Assembly (NCBI GenBank): GCA_963778115.1
Contig: CAVZSV010000004.1
Coordinates: forward strand, 2,048,001-2,112,000
DNA from: an uncultured delta proteobacterium
GTDB lineage: Bacteria > Bdellovibrionota > FAC87 > UBA2466
Length of the DNA: 64,000 nucleotides
Direction of reading: 5' to 3'
In this document: positions 56,977 through 64,000 of the stretch, in pieces
Position numbering within the stretch: position 1 is the first letter of the stretch
Layout: every line of letters begins with the position of its first letter
The notes under the pieces: model-generated
Databases searched by the model: none
The model's input: the letters and a program-made list of their open reading frames with translations, nothing else
What the model was told of the DNA's origin: nothing
Program-made: the position numbers and the translations under genes

Positions 56977-58021
56977 CGTCGAAGAGGATTTGATCGTCGA
57001 ATATAAGCAGCCCTGAGTAGCGTTGATTTTCTTGCATTACCGATCGATTCCACAGAACCGTTCTGGAGACAGCGGCCCCCGCCTTTAGATGGCTGCCACT
57101 GGCTAAGACCACACAGGGGCCAATGGCGACTCCCTCCTCCAGCTGGCAATGGGCTCCCAGGATGACAGGGCCTTGAAAGTTAACTCCGGTGGGAAGCTGC
57201 GTCCCTTCTGGCGCCCAGACGCCTGGTTTTAGCTCTTGGTAACCTCCCATTTCGCTAAGGCAAGCTCTTAACGAGTCGTCTTTTTCTAATCCCGAGAGCA
57301 GATCCATCGAAGCTCCGAAGATGGTGTTGAACTCTCCGGTATCTCGCCAATATTGATTTTCTATGAAATACCCCAGGGCGCGTTGGGGCTTTTCCCGCAT
57401 CAGTCGGGGATAGAGAAGTTCATTGATTCCCGAAGGCTCCCTTTTCAAGTACTGCAAAGTTTCATTTTCTAATATATGAACGCCCGTAAAAATTCCGACT
57501 CGCGTTGGCTCCTTTAGAGAGAGTTTCGGAAACAGAACAATCTCGGAGTTTTCATTTACCCCTACCTTCGAGTAATGGTGCTGTCTTAGCGGATTTTCGA
57601 CGAGCATCATCGTGGCCAGCGCCTTTCGCTCTTCATGAAAGCGAATTGCGGGAAGAAGCCTCAGGTTGGTGACGAAATCGCAGTTCGCAAGTACGAAGCG
57701 TTCTTTTCGAAAAAAGGACTCCGCTTGCTTCACTCCTCCCCCAGTACCTTGAAGAATGCTCTCTTTGGAATACTGAAGCTTCATGCCCCACCGGCTTCCG
57801 TCACCCAAAAAGCGTTCAATCGCGTCGCTTAAATGGTGTAAATTAAGAATCACTTCGGAAATCCCGGCCGCTTTAAAAAGATAGAGGGTATGTAACACGT
57901 TGGGCAGATTAACGACCGGCACTAGCGGCTTAGGCAATTTATCCGTGACCGGTAACAACCGGGTTCCCAGACCCGCGCAGAGAATCATCCCCCGTGAAAT
58001 GTTCTTGGTTGGAACTCCCAC
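56960..58021 (-). CDS. NDP-sugar nucleotidyltransferase, MurU-like, with a C-terminal hexapeptide-repeat region
   Basis: MILCAGLGTRL.P.T..PKPL, GTGGG, WRDTG; GTG start overlaps the kinase stop (TAGTG). Confidence 0.85.
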   Translation of the reverse strand: MGVPTKNISRGMILCAGLGTRLLPVTDKLPKPLVPVVNLPNVLHTLYLFKAAGISEVILNLHHLSDAIERFLGDGSRWGMKLQYSKESILQGTGGGVKQAESFFRKERFVLANCDFVTNLRLLPAIRFHEERKALATMMLVENPLRQHHYSKVGVNENSEIVLFPKLSLKEPTRVGIFTGVHILENETLQYLKREPSGINELLYPRLMREKPQRALGYFIENQYWRDTGEFNTIFGASMDLLSGLEKDDSLRACLSEMGGYQELKPGVWAPEGTQLPTGVNFQGPVILGAHCQLEEGVAIGPCVVLASGSHLKAGAAVSRTVLWNRSVMQENQRYSGLLIFDDQILFDEKKRP

Positions 58022-59082
58022 TAAGATTTCCTTGGCTCGAGTTTTTGAGATGCCCTCGTCCGCCATTCCATGAGGGGAAAGGCAGATTCCGTCCCTGAAC
58101 GAGTGGCAATCACAAGTTCGGGACAATCCGGCAATAAGCGCTGGGCGTACTGCAGGGCCGGAATGAGATACGGCAAATGGGTGTCCTTCTGGTAACGGGT
58201 GAAGAAAGAAGCAAACGACCCCGCCGCCTTGACGACCCTCTGAAAAGCGACGCGCTTTAAATCCCTATCGAAGGATTTCCAATCGATGTCGCGAGAAAGC
58301 GGGTACTTGCGGACTTCGTCTTGATAACTACTTACTAAGGTCTGTCGCTCGCCATCGCTCACAGGGACGTAAGCGTCGTACACCAGGCTTGCGAGATCAT
58401 AGTGAGGAGATCCCAACCGTGCGTCTTGGAAATCGATCAAATAAAGGTCGCCCTCTTTCACTAGGATATTGCGGCAGTGGTAATCGCGGTGCGCAAAGAC
58501 CAAAGGTGTTATTTGGCTGATGGCCGCACAAAATTTTTGAACGGCCTCCAACTGATTATGGGAAGCCTTTGGCATCCCCAAGAATTGGTGTTGGAGATGC
58601 TCAAAGGTGAATTTCAGTTCATCTGCATATTTTTGGGTATCGAAGCTGCGGCTCGCAACCGGAAGCGTGGCGGGAACGGGATAGGTTTTGCCGTGCAACG
58701 TGGCAAGTAAACGGACCGCCCTCTCCAGCCAAGCCATTTTTTGATCCGGATGCTCTAAAATTTCAAATTGTAAAAGTCTGTCCCCCAGATCCTCCATGAC
58801 CAGAAATCCCCCCTGGGAGTCAACTTCAAAAAAAACGGGGACCGGCAATTGATGCGATGCCAAATACTCTTGATGTGGTGCATAGTCTTTGCTTAGATCC
58901 CAGCTCAAATCGGAAAGTAGAACTCGACTCATCTTTCCCCAGGTGAGTCTATAAAACGATCGTTGCGACCCATCTCCTGCTAACGGCTCAAATTTGAGGG
59001 GCGTGGATATTCTTTGGCTGGCTATCCACCGTTCAATCCAGGCATGGATTCGAGGATTTTGTGAGTAACCGGGCATATTCAA
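58021..59082 (-). CDS. AmgK-like sugar phosphotransferase (APH family)
   Basis: LAGDGSQRSFYR, EDLGD, HRDYHCRN, IDFQDARLG..YDLASL. Confidence 0.88.
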   Translation of the reverse strand: MNMPGYSQNPRIHAWIERWIASQRISTPLKFEPLAGDGSQRSFYRLTWGKMSRVLLSDLSWDLSKDYAPHQEYLASHQLPVPVFFEVDSQGGFLVMEDLGDRLLQFEILEHPDQKMAWLERAVRLLATLHGKTYPVPATLPVASRSFDTQKYADELKFTFEHLQHQFLGMPKASHNQLEAVQKFCAAISQITPLVFAHRDYHCRNILVKEGDLYLIDFQDARLGSPHYDLASLVYDAYVPVSDGERQTLVSSYQDEVRKYPLSRDIDWKSFDRDLKRVAFQRVVKAAGSFASFFTRYQKDTHLPYLIPALQYAQRLLPDCPELVIATRSGTESAFPLMEWRTRASQKLEPRKS

Positions 59083-59238
59083 TAAAGAGTAACCAGAATA
59101 TTCAGTATTTTCAATGATTTATTTCTATTTTAGTCTTGATGATTTTTATCCGAAACATATACTAGAGACAGATCGATCTTCTCTTCCGTCTCTCCTAATT
59201 GAGATCTCAACTTCTCGAAAACTAGCGGAAACACGACG

Positions 59239-62200
59239 TTGAACCGTTTGAAAAGCACATTGAAGCGCTTAACGCCTGGATGGCCAGCCTCTATTACAGC
59301 GGCTGTTTTCCTTTGTGCTTTTCTAATGGTCCGTTTCCGCTCGGAGCCTCCCAAAGTAGAAAACTCCGCCGCTTCAAAAACCCGCACCGTTCAACCAGCT
59401 TTCGGGCTGACTCGCGCGCCGGTACCGTCCCATGCCACACCACTCGCGGTGGAAATCGCTCCTTCGCAGTCTCGTACTTTTTCCGCTCCCCCTTCCAAAG
59501 CCGCAAAAGTAGAGCCGGTGAAAGCAGAAAAAAGAGAATCGGCAAGCTCGACTCCAAAGCCTCTTTTTGTTCGACACATTAAGAAAGCTCGTACGGGGAG
59601 TGTAAAACCTGTCTCCTCACAAATCGGCGTGATTACCCATAAACGAAAGCCGCTCGTTAGAGTCCTGCAATGGACTGCGCAAACGATCGTCTCCCAGTCG
59701 TCGCGACAAAAATTGGTTCGCATCGTCTCTATAAAGAGTTTACCGGCCTCTAGAAAGAATATTCAAAAATTTGAATCTCCCATGAGTGCCCTTGAAGCAT
59801 TAGCCGCCGTAGCCCAGACTGGGAGGAATGACTTCGCCTCTTTGCCCAGAGCACGTCCGACTAGGATCCCCGAGCCGTTAAATCAATGGGTCGATGAGTC
59901 CTTTGACGAGCCCTCTTTTACGGACGATTTAGGGTCCCGCTGGTCGATTTCTGCAGCTCAAGAAGAGATCGATCCCGTCACTGCCGCGGAGCTACCCGTG
60001 GAACCTAGGTATGGGTTGACGTTGGGAGAGTATGAACGTGACCCACAATCCGACTTCCATAAGAGTCTTTCCGCTTTTAGGGCTTTGCAGCTTCCTCAAT
60101 TGAAAAAGGCCCCGTCGGTGGATGAAAAGGAATGGCTCGCGAAATCTGAGCCTTCTCAACCTGCCGTGGCAGAGTCGGAAGGAAGCGAGAAGGTTCCCGC
60201 AGTCGTTCAGACTCCTTCATCGTCCTCGACGCCAAGGACGCCCACGGCAGTAGTTGCCAGTGTTCCGCAAGCGAGCTCGGAAGTTGCGGATGCTGAAGTC
60301 TATGTCCCTGATACCGTCGCCATCGAAATCGCAGATACCGGTAAAGATGACGATCAACAAGCGAAACCAGAACCCACTTTAGTCCGTCCCGACAAACCTA
60401 GGGTGCCGTGGACCAAGCCAATCGACGATTCTTCAAGCAGCTCCGTAACCGAAATGAAACCGAATGACATGGTAACATCGGTCCCTCAAAATTCGTTGGT
60501 GGCGATAGCGGCGCCGAACGTGACTAACCAATTGGTGAAGCCAAACCCCGTGGCTAGTCAAACGACTCAGCGGAGCCAGAATACTCAGACGAATAGCCGT
60601 TCTAGTTTAGAGTCGCCGACGAATGTTCTGGTCAGACCTTCTACAGCTGCTCAAAGCCAACCCGACTTTTCGGTCGACAATAATTCCCATCCGAAAATGG
60701 CAGCGGTTCAGAAGGCCTCTCCCAAGGTAAACGCGATGGAAGTATCGAAGCCAGCGAAAGTGGCAAGTACTCCGGCTGCGGAAGACGACCAAACTAATGT
60801 GATTGCGGAAAATGTGAGCCCTAAGGCAGCGATGGCGATTCCGAAAGCTCGCTTGAGTGCCGTCCCCTCTCAGAGTGCGTCCGCAAATCCTATGAAAATC
60901 ATTTGGAATAGACCGGGTCGTGAGGCTGCGGAAGCCGCTTCCTATTTGCCCCAGCCCAATGATCCCGACGTCGGGCAATTGACAGGAACGTTCAGCACAG
61001 ACGAGAGAGCCGACGATTGGCTAGAGGACAACAAGGGGCACGTGGAGCTGTTTTTGGAACCGGTCGATCGAACCGACAAGAAACCTCTGGACATGCAGGA
61101 TGTGGGCTATCGCTATCGATCTCAAGAGGACGATCCCAATTTTTCGATCTTGTCGAAGCGGTTGCGTTCCGGTCTTTACAAGCTGCATGCACTTATTTTT
61201 GCCGGAGATACCCCGAAACTTGAAGCCGATATCGCCTATCACGACATGATCTGGTGGGGATACAAAGCGAATATCGAATTTCATATTACCCGCGACGATA
61301 TCGATCATTACCGCACGTATATTCAAAACGTCCCTTCCCGCTCCTTGGTCTTAAATGTCACGTTGTTTGAAGGAGGCAGTGGAGATCCCGAACATCCCTA
61401 CAAAATTCCAAACGGGACCGTCCGAGTGGCGGGGTTCCCGGAGCTCGGTGTCTTTTACTCAGATGGCGACGGCAATATCCGAATTCCCCACGTGCCTTCC
61501 CGTTCGGAACTCTTGCTAGAAGTCTCGGCGTCCGGGTACTTCGACACAGAAAAGGTAGTCCCCATCTTTACCAGTGACGTATACGAAGTCGTCCATTTGG
61601 TCTCACGGGACAAAATCGGCTCACTGCCTGAGTTCTTCACTAAGCGAGCTCAGGATTCTAACAATGGGATTATAGTGGGCAGAACCTTAGATGATGTTTC
61701 GCATACGCCTAAAGAGGGGGAGAGCGTTTCGCTCTCTTTCCGCAAGAGTCCTCCCCTTTATATTGATGCTCTTCCAGACCTCAAGCTTTCGGCGACAAGT
61801 TCGACCGGCCTCTTTGCGTTTTTTAATATCGCGCCCTCTTTCCGTTTAATCAGCCGTTCCGAAGAAGTGATTCCGCTTCTAATGAACGTAAAACCGAATC
61901 ATGCGCAATATATTGAATTTGGCCGTGGCGAAGAGCGTAGTGTGCATGGACAAATCTTTGATGGCCTTAACGGTGTTCATCCCGAGGCAAAAGTTCGCTT
62001 AGTGGGGCAAGAGAAAAGCGAAGTTTATACCGATGCCCAAGGCGAATTCACGATAAGTCATATCGATCTTCCCGAAGGAACCATCACCCTTGAGATCTCC
62101 GCGGAGGGGTATCCGACGACGTGGCATACCTTGGCCTGGGACCCCGCGGAAAGAGAAACCAAACATCATATGTTCATGTTGGATTCAGACCTTCTCAAAG

Positions 62201-62541
62201 ACAGCGCTCTTGATGTAGCTCGAATCCGTTCCATGGATAGGAGTACGGGTGCCATTATCGGCGGTGCCGAACCTTCTCTTTTTGCCCATCATCCGGGTTG
62301 TTTCAGTGTGGAATTAGAAGATGCTAAAGAACGTAAGGTGATTTCCGAGAAAGGCCCGTTTCCGTGGGGAAAACCCAGTGAAGGCAACGAGCTTTGTCTG
62401 ACCCAGGAAAATCCCAGATTTGCCTACTACAATCTGGCACCCGGAGAATATATTTTGAAGTGGTTTGATGCCGTTCACCAAGTCCCACGAACTCATACCT
62501 TCTATGTCGGCATGGATCGCGTGTCGATGGTAATTAATTAG
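59239..62541 (+). CDS. Large membrane-anchored protein: disordered linker plus carboxypeptidase-regulatory-like beta domains
   Basis: N-terminal TM; ~500 aa S/P/A-rich region; repeated units such as SDGDGNI..VSASGY and TDAQGEF..ISAEGY. Confidence 0.7.
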   Translation: MNRLKSTLKRLTPGWPASITAAVFLCAFLMVRFRSEPPKVENSAASKTRTVQPAFGLTRAPVPSHATPLAVEIAPSQSRTFSAPPSKAAKVEPVKAEKRESASSTPKPLFVRHIKKARTGSVKPVSSQIGVITHKRKPLVRVLQWTAQTIVSQSSRQKLVRIVSIKSLPASRKNIQKFESPMSALEALAAVAQTGRNDFASLPRARPTRIPEPLNQWVDESFDEPSFTDDLGSRWSISAAQEEIDPVTAAELPVEPRYGLTLGEYERDPQSDFHKSLSAFRALQLPQLKKAPSVDEKEWLAKSEPSQPAVAESEGSEKVPAVVQTPSSSSTPRTPTAVVASVPQASSEVADAEVYVPDTVAIEIADTGKDDDQQAKPEPTLVRPDKPRVPWTKPIDDSSSSSVTEMKPNDMVTSVPQNSLVAIAAPNVTNQLVKPNPVASQTTQRSQNTQTNSRSSLESPTNVLVRPSTAAQSQPDFSVDNNSHPKMAAVQKASPKVNAMEVSKPAKVASTPAAEDDQTNVIAENVSPKAAMAIPKARLSAVPSQSASANPMKIIWNRPGREAAEAASYLPQPNDPDVGQLTGTFSTDERADDWLEDNKGHVELFLEPVDRTDKKPLDMQDVGYRYRSQEDDPNFSILSKRLRSGLYKLHALIFAGDTPKLEADIAYHDMIWWGYKANIEFHITRDDIDHYRTYIQNVPSRSLVLNVTLFEGGSGDPEHPYKIPNGTVRVAGFPELGVFYSDGDGNIRIPHVPSRSELLLEVSASGYFDTEKVVPIFTSDVYEVVHLVSRDKIGSLPEFFTKRAQDSNNGIIVGRTLDDVSHTPKEGESVSLSFRKSPPLYIDALPDLKLSATSSTGLFAFFNIAPSFRLISRSEEVIPLLMNVKPNHAQYIEFGRGEERSVHGQIFDGLNGVHPEAKVRLVGQEKSEVYTDAQGEFTISHIDLPEGTITLEISAEGYPTTWHTLAWDPAERETKHHMFMLDSDLLKDSALDVARIRSMDRSTGAIIGGAEPSLFAHHPGCFSVELEDAKERKVISEKGPFPWGKPSEGNELCLTQENPRFAYYNLAPGEYILKWFDAVHQVPRTHTFYVGMDRVSMVIN

Positions 62542-62574
62542 TTTTTGTCTGGTAAAACCCATTCTGTAACTGAC

Positions 62575-62600
62575 CAAAGGGGGGCAAATGCCCCCCTTTG
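62575..62600. terminator. Hairpin between convergent genes (probable terminator)
   Basis: CAAAGGGGGGCA-aa-TGCCCCCCTTTG perfect 12-bp stem. Confidence 0.75.
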
Positions 62601-62627
62601 CTTTAAGCGAGACTGTCGCTACGGCAT

Positions 62628-64000
62628 TTAGTAATGCGGCACTACGATCGTAACCTGAACCTGTGCAGAAATGTAGTTTTTGGGATTTACACTCTGAAGC
62701 TGATAAATGAGTACGGCTTCTCCAGTAAACCCCGGTGCCGCGGTTAAGGTAACCGTGCCATCGGTTCCTATACTACTCGTCGTGACATACGAGGGAGGAG
62801 GGGCCTGCACAAGGACGAACTGGAACGCCGAACCATCTGTGGTGCTGCCAGCCAATTTAACGGTGGCTGACTGATTTTCCTGGAGGATGAATTGAGAGGA
62901 GCTAGGAACCTGGAATTGGGTTCCTGGGACTAGCACCATGAAGGAAACGGTAGCGACTCGAGAGGTGTCTGTTTGAGAAGGGTCTACCGAATCCGGAGCG
63001 GTCAGTTGATAGGTGAAAGAGTCGTTAAGGGTTCCAGAGTTAGGGATGTAGTTTAGCAACAGGGGTGCATTGCCTGGAAATGAGAGGGGCAATTGATTGG
63101 AAAGCGGTGTTTGATTTTGTTGCCCTGCCGAATACTGGATTTGAGTCAACGTACCCGATTTAGGAAGGGATAGAATAACAATTTTTCCGCTCGGCAGTGG
63201 CGGTAGGGTCACCAAGATATTGGACTTGCCTTGAAAGTGGAAATCGCTGGCAAGCGCGGCCAGCATCACAGGCGTGGGATCGGTAGCTGGCGGTTGCCCT
63301 TGGTACATCATCTGCACAGCACCGGAATCTGAAAAAGACTGACCTGGGATGGCGACGGTAAATAAGAAAATGTCCTGCGACGAAGTCACGTTGCTATTAG
63401 GAGTAAAGGTGAAGGTGCCGGTCGCTGCATCGTTAAGGACTACCGTACCCGTAGTCGGTTGCTGGGTAATCGCAAACACATAACCCGAGGAATCGGTGGG
63501 CTGAGGTTGCATTTGGATCTGCCCTACGTAGGGCGTAGTGTACGAAACGCTAATGTCCTGAGGCGCAAGAGCAGGTGAAGTCTGAGATACGCTAAACGCC
63601 ATTCCAAACCCAGTCTGTAGGGTAGTGCCTCCTCCGCTAAAGGTCACACTGATCGACGCGCTTCCGGTGTTCCCGTTATCCGTCACTATCATTTGCAGGG
63701 TGAAACTTAACTGCTGTCCTGGCTGAATAATGGTTCCTATGGCAAGTTGTTGTTCCAGCTGGTCGGCGTTAGTTGCCTGAACGGAAATTTGACTAATCGT
63801 CACGGGGAAAGTCGAATTATTCTGCCAGACGATGTTTAATTGAGTGTCATTACCGGTAACTTGGCTGCTGAGATCTACGGATGAGTCCGCTGTCATTGTC
63901 TGCAGGCTTTGTCCGCTTAGACCTACGGCCATTTGAATCATTCCTGTCACACCACGGCCGTCTCCCTGCGGTCCCAAAGGTAAGCAGCCAGATAGAAGGA
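62628..64000 (-). CDS. Surface lipoprotein with Ig/cadherin-like repeats (start lies outside the window)
   Basis: Frame is open to the window end and reads LLSGC (lipobox, Cys at 63984-63986); GTFTFTP, DSFTYQ, GFTG..YQ repeat motifs. Confidence 0.72.
   Translation of the reverse strand, partial: LLSGCLPLGPQGDGRGVTGMIQMAVGLSGQSLQTMTADSSVDLSSQVTGNDTQLNIVWQNNSTFPVTISQISVQATNADQLEQQLAIGTIIQPGQQLSFTLQMIVTDNGNTGSASISVTFSGGGTTLQTGFGMAFSVSQTSPALAPQDISVSYTTPYVGQIQMQPQPTDSSGYVFAITQQPTTGTVVLNDAATGTFTFTPNSNVTSSQDIFLFTVAIPGQSFSDSGAVQMMYQGQPPATDPTPVMLAALASDFHFQGKSNILVTLPPLPSGKIVILSLPKSGTLTQIQYSAGQQNQTPLSNQLPLSFPGNAPLLLNYIPNSGTLNDSFTYQLTAPDSVDPSQTDTSRVATVSFMVLVPGTQFQVPSSSQFILQENQSATVKLAGSTTDGSAFQFVLVQAPPPSYVTTSSIGTDGTVTLTAAPGFTGEAVLIYQLQSVNPKNYISAQVQVTIVVPHY

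Overview
Chromosomal origin region of a ~50% GC bacterium. The gene order resembles Bdellovibrionota/deltaproteobacteria (inference from synteny). Core: dnaA-oriC-dnaN-gyrB-gyrA-TPR-atpZ..atpB-atpE on the minus strand, with no recF at its usual position. Diverging on the plus strand: rpmH-rnpA-yidD-yidC-mnmE-mnmG-rsmG-parA-parB-bactofilin-atpF'FHAGDC-queE, with three parS sites. Also present: a two-component pair, AmpG and AmgK/MurU peptidoglycan recycling genes, two parvulin/SurA chaperones, PMM/PGM, uvrA, a lipA-E1a-E1b-E2-E3-lipB 2-oxoacid dehydrogenase cluster, an orphan DNA methyltransferase, a ferritin-like diiron protein and several uncharacterised secreted proteins. No rRNA, tRNA, CRISPR array or transposase was recognised. 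The most striking observation is a 124-bp segment (5118-5241) bounded by in-frame 6-bp inverted repeats. Flipping it swaps the C-termini of the convergent SCO and AmpG genes and restores AmpG's missing last helix. Other notable items are a G9 frameshift in lipB and a MITE-like element inside the dehydrogenase operon. All calls come from reading motifs by eye; no searches were run.
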